Source: an uncultured Planctomycetota bacterium (lineage in GTDB: Bacteria; Planctomycetota; PLA2; JAEUHO01). Taken from it: a stretch of 64,000 bases of DNA. Positions 56,289 through 64,000 of this stretch are shown here, in pieces; the first letter of the stretch is position 1, and the number at the start of each line of letters is the position of its first letter. The stretch spans positions 96,001 through 160,000 of the forward strand of contig CAVVXN010000002.1 of the NCBI GenBank assembly GCA_963752285.1, written 5' to 3'. Position numbers and translations under genes: made by a program. The notes beneath the pieces were generated by a model. That model saw only the letters and a list, made by a program, of their open reading frames with translations, had not been told where the DNA came from and did not search any database.

Positions 56289-58763
56289 ATGCGGACGTCC
56301 GATCGGCTGGAGAAGTCCGCGCTCGCCCTGCTGGCGAGCGCCGTCCTCTGCGCGTGCGGGGGCGGGGGGGGCGGGGCGGCCAAGACCGCCGTCTCGGCGA
56401 ACGGTCGCGTGGCCCTCGCGGCGCTGGGCGGCGCGACCCTCGACGTGTTCCGGGTGGGGGACTACGGGTCCCCGCTCGCTTCGACCACGACGTCCGCGGG
56501 CGCCTCGCTCTTGGAGACGGGGCGATTCTCGTTCACCCTGCCCCCCGTGCCGTCCGACGCCGTGTTCCTCCTGGTCGCGCGCGGCGGCCAGGCCTTCGAC
56601 GCGAACGAGGACGGCGTCCTCGACGCGGCCCCGACGCCGAACCAGGGCGCGGTCCACGCGATCGTGAGCGCGGCCGAGCTCGAGGCGGGCGAGGTCCACC
56701 TCTCCTCGGCCACGGAGCTCGTGTACCAGCGCGTCCGGTACTTCCTCTCCGCGCGCTACGACGAGGGCTACGTCCTCCGCGCCGCTTCAGCGTGGGCGAG
56801 CTCGCTCCTCGCGTCGAGCCTCGACGGCGACGCCGTCGTGGACAACGACGACGCGGTGGTCTTCGATCCGCTCGTCCACGCGGGCGCGCTCTTCCGCCCC
56901 TACGCGCAGATCGGCCCGTTCGTGACGGCGCTCCTCGCGGGCGCGCGGCCGACCGAGACGGCGCTCCAGCTCCTCCAGGAGCGCCTCGGCGACGTCGCGT
57001 TCCCGTCGCCCGCGCGGAGCGTGGACATCGTCGGCAACCTCGCGTTCGTGACGATCTTCCAGGACGGCCTCGCCATCGTGGACGTCGCCGACCCGACGAC
57101 GCCGGTCGTGGTGGGGGGCTTCGACACGCCCGACGCCGCGACCGACGTCCAGGTCGTCGGTCCGCTCGCCTTCGTCTCGGACACGTCGAGTCTCCAGATC
57201 GTGGACGTCTCCGCGCCCGCGTCGCCCGCACGGCGCGGTTCGCTGCCGCTCCCGGGCGTCCTCGCCGACGTCGAGGTGGCGGGGACCGTCGCCTTCGTGT
57301 GCACGAGCGGTGCGGCGCTGGTCCACGTCGTGGACGTCTCCGACCCCGCCGCGCCCGTGGCGCTCCCCGATCTCGTTCCCGCGGGCCCGCCGCTCGAGGT
57401 GAAGGTCGCGGGGACGCACGCGTACGTGCTCGAGCCGTCGCAGATCGAGACGTTCGACGTGACCGATCCCGCGGCGCCGGTCTCCCTGGGCACGCGCCCG
57501 ACGCGGGAGGCCCTACGGATCGACCTCGTCGGCGGACGGCTCTACGCGGCGGGTCGGGCGCTCGAGGTGTTCGACCTGAGCGTGCCCGCGTCGCCCGAGC
57601 TGGCGGGGACCGCGTTCTTCTCCAGCGGCAGCCAGACGATCGACCTCGTGGTCCGGGGCACCGAGGCCTTCGCATCGACCTCGCCCGACGGGGTGTACGT
57701 GATCGACGTCGCCTCGCCGACGGCCCCGACGCTCGCGGCCGTCCTCCCCGTGGGGAGGAACGCGGCCGGGCTCGCCCGGCGGGGCGGTCTCCTTGCCGTG
57801 ACCGACCCCGGCCTGCCCGGTGGCCTCGGGCTCTTCGGCGTGGGATCGCCCGCGCCCTCGGGCGCCGTCGGCTCCGTGCCGGTGCCCGGCGTCCCGTTCG
57901 CGGTCGCCGCCGCCGCGGGGCGTGTCTACGTATCGACCGGCTTCGCGCCCTCGAGGCTCGAGGTGTTCGACGCCAGCGATCCGCTGGCCCCGAGCCACGT
58001 CGGGAGCGCGGACCTCGTCGCGTCGGCCTCGCGGGACCTCGTGGTGGACGGGACGCACGCGTTCCTGGCGGGGTCCGGCGGGCTCGAGATCTGCGACGTG
58101 TCGATCCCCACGGCGCCCGTTTCCGTGTCGCGAATCGCTTCGCAACCGGTGCGGGGGCTGGCGGTCGGAGGGGACGTCGCGTACGAGGCGTTCGACAGCG
58201 CGCTCGGCGTCGTGAGCGTGCTCGACCCCTCGACTCCCGTGCCCTTCCCGACCGTTCCGGTGGGCGGCCTCTCCGACGGCGTCGCGTTCGACGGCAGCGA
58301 GGTCGTGCGATGCTCGACCGGGGTGCTCACGATCTTCAACGCGGCCATACCGACCCTGCCCGCCTTCGAGGGCGACCTCGTCCTTCCCTCCGGTGGCGTG
58401 ACCACGCGCGTCGTGCTCCGCCCGCCCTTCGCCTACCTCATCGGGCAGGAGAGCGGCTCGGCCGTCGTGTACGTGATGGACTACGCCGACCCGACCGCGC
58501 CGTCCCTCGCTCGGACCGTGCCTCTGGCCGGGCTGCCCGCACACGTGGCGCTCGCGGGCGACTTCGTGTACGCGACCGGCGGGTTCTCCGGCGTAGAGAC
58601 GGTGGACGTCGCCGATCCGGCCACCGCGACGTTCGCCGGGACGATCCCGGTGCCGGGCGATACGGAGGACCTCGCGGTGGACGGCGGGTTCGTGTACGTG
58701 CTGTCCGCGCTCCCGGCGCCCGAGGTCCTGGTCCTCCGCGCCGGCGTCGTCTCCGTCCCGTAG
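56289..58763 (+). CDS. LVIVD-repeat beta-propeller lipoprotein (paralog 3)
   Basis: Lipobox LCAC + poly-Gly, LVIVD-type repeats. Confidence 0.88.
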   Translation: MRTSDRLEKSALALLASAVLCACGGGGGGAAKTAVSANGRVALAALGGATLDVFRVGDYGSPLASTTTSAGASLLETGRFSFTLPPVPSDAVFLLVARGGQAFDANEDGVLDAAPTPNQGAVHAIVSAAELEAGEVHLSSATELVYQRVRYFLSARYDEGYVLRAASAWASSLLASSLDGDAVVDNDDAVVFDPLVHAGALFRPYAQIGPFVTALLAGARPTETALQLLQERLGDVAFPSPARSVDIVGNLAFVTIFQDGLAIVDVADPTTPVVVGGFDTPDAATDVQVVGPLAFVSDTSSLQIVDVSAPASPARRGSLPLPGVLADVEVAGTVAFVCTSGAALVHVVDVSDPAAPVALPDLVPAGPPLEVKVAGTHAYVLEPSQIETFDVTDPAAPVSLGTRPTREALRIDLVGGRLYAAGRALEVFDLSVPASPELAGTAFFSSGSQTIDLVVRGTEAFASTSPDGVYVIDVASPTAPTLAAVLPVGRNAAGLARRGGLLAVTDPGLPGGLGLFGVGSPAPSGAVGSVPVPGVPFAVAAAAGRVYVSTGFAPSRLEVFDASDPLAPSHVGSADLVASASRDLVVDGTHAFLAGSGGLEICDVSIPTAPVSVSRIASQPVRGLAVGGDVAYEAFDSALGVVSVLDPSTPVPFPTVPVGGLSDGVAFDGSEVVRCSTGVLTIFNAAIPTLPAFEGDLVLPSGGVTTRVVLRPPFAYLIGQESGSAVVYVMDYADPTAPSLARTVPLAGLPAHVALAGDFVYATGGFSGVETVDVADPATATFAGTIPVPGDTEDLAVDGGFVYVLSALPAPEVLVLRAGVVSVP

Positions 58764-58765
58764 GG

Positions 58766-60208
58766 TCACCCCCCGTGGTGGCCGTGGCCGTGGCCGTGGC
58801 CGCTCGACCCGCCGCTCGACCCGCCGCTCGACCCGCCGCTGGACCCGCCGCTGGACCCGCCGCTCGACCCGCCGCTCGACCCGCCGCTCGAACCGCCGCC
58901 GGGCGAGGGCGGCGGGGTTTCCTCCACGGCGCTGCCGTCGGGGAGGTACCTCGGCGTCGGGTAGACGGCCTTGCTGTATCGGTACTGGCCGATGCGGGCG
59001 AGGATGTCCTTCACGAGGTCGGGATCGTGCTCGACCGTCGTCGTGTCGCTGCCCACGCCGCCGACCCGGACGTATCCGGTCGCGAGGATCGTGCCCCGGA
59101 CGATCGAGGGCGCCTCGAGCTCAACGTCTCCGTCCACGTACAGCACGCCTCGGAAGTAGGAGTTGGAGCCGGAGGTGATCGTCACGTTGCCGCGGACGAT
59201 CAGGAGGCCGAGGCCGAGGAGCGGCCGGCTCGAGTCGAACGTGAGGTCCCCGTCCACGGTCACGACGGAGTAGGGGGGGATCGTCCCGTCGAAGCCTTCC
59301 TCGGACGTGAGGCTCAAGTCCGACATCGACTTCAAGTCGTCCCACGTGGACCCGAACACGTCGTACAGCTCGTCCTTGTAGTGCGGCACGTTCACGCTCT
59401 TGACGGGCGCCTGGACGTCCGCGTACGGGCTCACGGCGATGCGCACCGCGGCCGTTCCGACCGCCACGCCGGTGGTCGGCGACGTGACCCGGCTGCCGCT
59501 CTTCAGTTGCACGAGGCCGCCCGTCCGCGCGTTGATGGCGGCGTCGGCCGGCAGGGAGACGGCCAGCCGGCGGATCTCGGTCGAGAGCTCGCGGCGGGCG
59601 ATGCGGGGGTTGGCCGCCGACCCGAGGGGCTGGCTCTCGTCGCTGACGCGATAGACCGTGCCGACCGCCTGGAGGTGCCAGGCCCAGCCCTGGCCCGTGA
59701 GGCCGCGCTCGTCCGAGACGTCGCACGTGCCCGAGGTGGGCGACCACTTGCCGTTGCCGTCGATGTCGGTGAACGGGTCGCCGGCGCCGTAGCGGCCGTC
59801 CCCGTCCGAGTCCACGTAGGGCTCGGCGGGCGTCGCGATGCGCACCTCGTACCGACCCCAGAAGCCGGGCGACACCTCGTAGGCCCGCACGATGCCGATC
59901 GAAGGGTCGTCGGTCTCGTTCACGGGCGTTCGCGCGTCGAGCTCGAGCGCCGGGGCGAACTCCGTCACGGGCTGGCTCGGCTGGCGGCGGAACCACGCTA
60001 GGGCGTCCACGAGCCCCGCGCGCGCCACCGCGTCGGCCTGGATGTTCTTCGCGTACTCGACCCGCGTGAGCTGGTCGAGGGCGCGGTCCGAGTAGAGGGC
60101 GGTCGTGATGACCCCCGCCACCAGGACCGTCGTGAAGCTGGCCCAGATGAGGATGATCCCGCGTTCGCTCCGGCGGCCTTCCGCCCGCCGGCCGTGGTCC
60201 CGGTCCAT
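58766..60208 (-). CDS. PilX/GspK-like minor (pseudo)pilin with beta-helical region and Gly/Ser-His tail
   Basis: Class III signal-like RRSERG/IILI, A..VARAGL, DxDGDG motifs, GLLIVRGNV / GVLYVDGDV repeats. Confidence 0.65.
   Translation of the reverse strand: MDRDHGRRAEGRRSERGIILIWASFTTVLVAGVITTALYSDRALDQLTRVEYAKNIQADAVARAGLVDALAWFRRQPSQPVTEFAPALELDARTPVNETDDPSIGIVRAYEVSPGFWGRYEVRIATPAEPYVDSDGDGRYGAGDPFTDIDGNGKWSPTSGTCDVSDERGLTGQGWAWHLQAVGTVYRVSDESQPLGSAANPRIARRELSTEIRRLAVSLPADAAINARTGGLVQLKSGSRVTSPTTGVAVGTAAVRIAVSPYADVQAPVKSVNVPHYKDELYDVFGSTWDDLKSMSDLSLTSEEGFDGTIPPYSVVTVDGDLTFDSSRPLLGLGLLIVRGNVTITSGSNSYFRGVLYVDGDVELEAPSIVRGTILATGYVRVGGVGSDTTTVEHDPDLVKDILARIGQYRYSKAVYPTPRYLPDGSAVEETPPPSPGGGSSGGSSGGSSGGSSGGSSGGSSGGSSGGSSGHGHGHGHHGG
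58802..58897 (-). repeat. 12-bp coding tandem repeat x8, encoding (GGSS)8
   Basis: ccgccgctcgac / ccgccgctggac units. Confidence 0.92.
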
Positions 60209-60362
60209 GGCTCGACCCTTCTCCCTGCCCGGGACCTTCGCCACGGCCCCCCATCGGACGTGACCGTGGTCACCATGAACAGATTCGGAATCTTGTATTG
60301 GGGCGAAAGACCCAAAAACAACACGGCGACGAGCCGAGGCGCCGGGACCCAGACGACCGACG

Positions 60363-62033
60363 TCAGCGCGGGGAGCGGAAGGTCCCCCACCGCTCCTCGA
60401 GCACGGCCATCACCTCGCCGACGGTCGCCATCGCCTCGACCGCGCGGACCACGTGGGGGACGAGGTTCTCCTCGGTGGCCGTGGCGGCGCGGAGCGCCTG
60501 GATCGCCTCGGCGTGCGCCCAGGCGTTCCGGCCCTTGCGGATCGCCTCCACGCGCGCGACCGCGTCCTCCTCCACCGCGGGGTCGAGCTGGAACGCCGGC
60601 GGGCCCGCCGCCTCGTCGGACTGAAAGCGGTTCACGCCCACCACGACGTCCTCGCCCGTCTCCACGCGCTTCTGCGCGGCGTAGGCGCTCCGCTCGATCA
60701 TCTGCTGGGGCCCGTTCGCCTCGATGGCCTCGATCATCCCGCCGGTCCGGTCGATGCGCTCGACGATCGCCTGCGCGCGGGCCTCGATCTCGCTCGTGAG
60801 CGCCTCGACGTACGGCGAGCCGCCGAGGGGGTCCACGACGTCCGCCACCCCGCTCTCGTACGCGATCGTCTGCTGGGTGCGCAGCGCGAGGACCGCGGCC
60901 TCCTCGCTCGGGAGCGACAGGGCCTCGTCCCGCGCGTTCGTGTGCAGCGACTGGGTGCCTCCGAGCACCGCGGCGAGGGCCTGGATCGTCACCCGGACGA
61001 CGTTCACGTCGGTCTGCTGCGCCTGCAGCGCCGACCCGGCGGTCTGCGTGTGGAAGCGCAGCATCCGCGCACGGGCGGTCTCGGCGCCGAAGCGCTCGCG
61101 CATGATGCGCTCCCACATGCGCCGCGCCGCGCGGAACTTGGCGACCTCCTCGAAGAGGTGGTTGTGGGCGTTGAAGAAGAACGAGAGGCGTCCCCCGAAC
61201 TCGTCCACGTCGAGACCGCGCGCCTTCACGGCCTTCACGTAGGCGATCGCGTTCGAGATCGTGAGCGCGAGTTCCTCGACCGCCGTCGCGCCCGCTTCGC
61301 GGATGTGGTATCCGCTGATCGAGATGGGGTTCCACTGCGGCATGTGGCGCGTGGCGTGCTCGATCACGTCCACCACGAGTCGCATCGAGGGGCGCACGGG
61401 AAGGCGTTGCGTGCCCCGCGCCACGTACTCCTTCAGCATGTCGTTCTGGAGCGTGCCGCGGAGCGCCGAGGGGTCCACGCGCCGTCGCTTCGCCGCCGCG
61501 AGGAGCAGGCCGAGGAGGACGATCGCCGTCGAGTTGATCGTCATCGAGATCGAGACCTTGTCGAGGGGGATCCCGTCGAGGAGCGTCTCCATGTCCTTCA
61601 GGTGCGCGATCGAGACGCCGACGCGGCCCACCTCCCCGGCGGCGAGCTCGTGGTCCGGGTCGTAGCCGATCTGCGTGGGCAGGTCGAACGCGATCGAGAG
61701 GCCCGTCTGTCCCTGCTGGAGCAGCGCGCGGTACCGCGCGTTCGACGCCTCCGCCGTCGCGAAGCCCGCGTACTGGCGCATCGTCCAGAGCCGGCCGCGG
61801 TACATCGTCGCCTGGACGCCCCTCGTGAAGGGCGGCTCGCCGGCGCCGCCCACGATCTCCGAGAAGTTCTCCGCCTCGGGCGCGGGACCGTACGCGGGCT
61901 CGAGCGGGATCCCGGACGGCGTGCGGAAGTGCCGCTTGCGCTCCCCCCTCGCGAGCGTCGCCTCCGTCCATGTCGTCTCCTTCCAGCGGCGGGTCGTGGG
62001 ACCGAGGGGGTCGGGGATGGACGGGGTCAACAT
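60363..62033 (-). CDS. Methylmalonyl-CoA mutase, substrate-binding subunit of the split type
   Basis: PFTRG, WTMRQYAGF, AFDLPTQ.GYD, QNDMLKEYVARG, GYHIREAG, QSLHTN; no B12-binding DxHxxG domain. Confidence 0.92.
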   Translation of the reverse strand: MLTPSIPDPLGPTTRRWKETTWTEATLARGERKRHFRTPSGIPLEPAYGPAPEAENFSEIVGGAGEPPFTRGVQATMYRGRLWTMRQYAGFATAEASNARYRALLQQGQTGLSIAFDLPTQIGYDPDHELAAGEVGRVGVSIAHLKDMETLLDGIPLDKVSISMTINSTAIVLLGLLLAAAKRRRVDPSALRGTLQNDMLKEYVARGTQRLPVRPSMRLVVDVIEHATRHMPQWNPISISGYHIREAGATAVEELALTISNAIAYVKAVKARGLDVDEFGGRLSFFFNAHNHLFEEVAKFRAARRMWERIMRERFGAETARARMLRFHTQTAGSALQAQQTDVNVVRVTIQALAAVLGGTQSLHTNARDEALSLPSEEAAVLALRTQQTIAYESGVADVVDPLGGSPYVEALTSEIEARAQAIVERIDRTGGMIEAIEANGPQQMIERSAYAAQKRVETGEDVVVGVNRFQSDEAAGPPAFQLDPAVEEDAVARVEAIRKGRNAWAHAEAIQALRAATATEENLVPHVVRAVEAMATVGEVMAVLEERWGTFRSPR

Positions 62034-62108
62034 GGTGGGCGCTCTCCGGTTGCGTAGTGAACCGGCCCGGAGCCGCCGAGGCTAGAATCCCCCGCGCGGA
62101 GGTCGGCG

Positions 62109-63614
62109 ATGGGGCGTCTCGCGCTCGTTCTGGCAGTGCTCGCGGCCCTGCTCGGCGCTCCGCCGGCGCGGGGAGGCGAAGGTCCCGCGTCCGACCGCGC
62201 GAAGCGGCGGGAGAAGCTCCGCGAGGCGTACGGCGAGAAGGCGGAGCCCCTCTGGTGGCTCGTCCGCGCCGAGCGGAAGGCCGCCGAGGTCACGGCCCCC
62301 GACGACCAGGCCGCCGCCTTCGTCGTGGTCGCGCGGGCGTGGGCCGAGGCGCAGGAGCCCGACCGCGCGAAGACCGCGCTCGGGCGCGCGGAGCAGGCCG
62401 CCGTCTCGCTCGAGGCGTCCACCGGCAAGGTCCGGCGTCTCCTCGACGCGGCCCGCGCGGCGCGTGACGCGGGCGACGCGGAGCGCGCGTCGAAGGACCT
62501 CGACCTCGCCGCCGACGCGGCCCGTGCCCTCGCGGGCCTCGCGCGGTCGGGCGCGCTGGCCGACGTCGGCGCGGCGCACGGCGCGGCGGGCGAGGCCGAG
62601 GCCGCCGCCCCGCTCTTCACCGAGGCGGGCGAGGTCGCGGCGTCGCTCGACTCGTACGAGAAGATGGACGCGTACTCCGCGCTCGCGACGGCGCAGGCAA
62701 AGGGCAGGGACCTACCCGGCGCGGGGCGCTCCGTGCTGGCGATCCTCGCGGCCGCGCCCGCCGACGACCCCGACGCGAAGGGCGAGGCGAGGGACATCGC
62801 CGACGAGGTGAGGATCGCGGTGGTGGGCCGCGTGGCCGAGCAGGGCGACGCGAAGGGGGCGCTCGACCTGGCGCGCGCGCTCGACCGGCCGCTCTACAAG
62901 TCGCGCGCGCTCCTCGCCGTCGGCGCGCGGCTCGGCGACGGCGCCGAGACGAAGAAGGCCCTCCAGGAGGCGGGCCAGGTGGCGGTCCGCATCCAGGACC
63001 CCTCCGCGAGCGCGCTCGTGCTCGCGAGCGTGGCGCGCGAGGCCGCGCGACGCGGGGCGGCCGACGTGGCGAAGCAGGCGATCCCCGCCGCGGGGCGTGC
63101 GCTCGGCGACATCCTGGAGCCCGAGAGCCAGGTCGAGGCGATGCTCTCGCTCGCGGCGGCGTTCGCCGCGGCCGGCGACCTCCCGAAGGCCGCGCAGAAC
63201 CTCGAGTCGGCGCGGAAGACCGTCGATCAGCACGTGCCCGCCCGCCAGAGGGACCTCGCCCTCGAGACCGTCGCGCGCGGCGCGGCCGAAGCCGGGGTCC
63301 TCGGGGTGGCCCGCGCGGTGGCGGACGAGATCGCCGATCCCGAGGTCCGGGCGCGCGTCACGATCGTCGTGGGCGACGCCGCGGAGCGCGCGGGCGACGA
63401 CCTCGCCGCCCTCGAGACCGCGCGCCAGCTCGGTCGCACGCTCGAGACGTGGCCCGACGACCTCGCGCGCGCCCGCGACCAGGCGCTCGGGGGGATGGCG
63501 CTGCTGCAGACGAGCGCGGGCCGTCCCGACCTCGCCGCCGCGAGCGCGGACCGGATCCAGAGCCCGTCGTTCGGGGCCGAGACGTACGCGAAGATCGCCC
63601 GCCTCCTCCTCTGA
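62109..63614 (+). CDS. Secreted helical-repeat (TPR-like) hypothetical protein
   Basis: Signal peptide; Ala-rich helical repeats (A..AGD...A). Confidence 0.7.
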   Translation: MGRLALVLAVLAALLGAPPARGGEGPASDRAKRREKLREAYGEKAEPLWWLVRAERKAAEVTAPDDQAAAFVVVARAWAEAQEPDRAKTALGRAEQAAVSLEASTGKVRRLLDAARAARDAGDAERASKDLDLAADAARALAGLARSGALADVGAAHGAAGEAEAAAPLFTEAGEVAASLDSYEKMDAYSALATAQAKGRDLPGAGRSVLAILAAAPADDPDAKGEARDIADEVRIAVVGRVAEQGDAKGALDLARALDRPLYKSRALLAVGARLGDGAETKKALQEAGQVAVRIQDPSASALVLASVAREAARRGAADVAKQAIPAAGRALGDILEPESQVEAMLSLAAAFAAAGDLPKAAQNLESARKTVDQHVPARQRDLALETVARGAAEAGVLGVARAVADEIADPEVRARVTIVVGDAAERAGDDLAALETARQLGRTLETWPDDLARARDQALGGMALLQTSAGRPDLAAASADRIQSPSFGAETYAKIARLLL

Positions 63615-63630
63615 CCGCTCGGCCCCGCCG

Positions 63631-64000
63631 TCATCGCCGCGGGCGGCGGGGCGGCGCGAGGGCGGCCAGCGCGCGGATCGCCTGCGCAATATCGGGGGGA
63701 ACCGGCGCCTCCGCGCCCACGCGCTCGCCCGTCACGGGGTGCTCGAAGGAGATCCGCCACGCGTGGAGCAGGAGCCGCGGGGCGAGGTCCTCGCCCGGCA
63801 GGCCGGGGTTCCCGTAGATCGGGTCGCCGACGATGGGGTGTCGGATCGAGAGCAGGTGCACGCGGATCTGGTGCGTGCGGCCCGTCACCGGCATCGCACG
63901 GACGACCGCGTGGCGGGGGAGCCGCTGCTCGACCCTCCAGCGCGTCACGGCGCGACGCCCGCCGTCGTGTCGGGTGGCCATCTTCGTCCGCCGCGTCCTC
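63631..64000 (-). CDS. RluA-family pseudouridine synthase, C-terminal part
   Basis: TGRTHQIRVHL..I.HPIVGD..YG, RLLLHA..I.F.HP.TGE; runs off the window edge. Confidence 0.9.
   Translation of the reverse strand, partial: RTRRTKMATRHDGGRRAVTRWRVEQRLPRHAVVRAMPVTGRTHQIRVHLLSIRHPIVGDPIYGNPGLPGEDLAPRLLLHAWRISFEHPVTGERVGAEAPVPPDIAQAIRALAALAPPRRPRR

Noticed and set aside
58802..58897. CRISPR-like array
   Set aside because: Contiguous 12-bp coding repeats with no spacers and no cas genes
60363..62033. Isobutyryl-CoA or other variant mutase
   Set aside because: Has the Tyr (RQYAGF) and Arg (YVARG) specificity residues of methylmalonyl-CoA mutase and lies near mce/pccB
193..63981. Many long Arg/Pro/Gly-rich ORFs in the six-frame track (e.g. 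193-1824, 2356-4629, 9009-11873, 56240-60001)
   Set aside because: Shadow frames of real genes in very GC-rich DNA; no motifs and wrong codon-position bias
1..64000. tRNA, rRNA or known riboswitch genes
   Set aside because: No cloverleaf, rRNA-like segment or recognisable riboswitch consensus was seen by eye; tRNAscan-SE/Infernal would be needed to exclude them formally

Overview
Very GC-rich bacterial chromosomal window, most like an uncultured Planctomycetota-type genome (inferred from the ECF sigma + Ser/Thr kinase pair, PEP-CTERM proteins and poly-Gly LVIVD lipoproteins). In order it holds: an ECF/FecR-like operon; an internally deleted IS3; an 845-aa ORF fusing a DUF222-like domain, an HNH nuclease and a complete RuvB-type AAA+ motor with no ruvA/ruvC nearby (top candidate for an undescribed system); a hybrid histidine kinase; a NUDIX-CMD fusion; an ~18-kb Wzx/Wzy exopolysaccharide locus; and a propionyl-/methylmalonyl-CoA gene set broken up by accessory modules. 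Those modules include a 7.7-kb integrase-less island bounded by 180-bp direct repeats of the pccB 3' end, and three mosaic LVIVD lipoprotein paralogs. Several apparent frameshifts sit at GGWCC or GCGC motifs, which suggests long-read consensus errors rather than true pseudogenes. No rRNA, tRNA or CRISPR array was seen. All family calls are by motif recognition, not database search.
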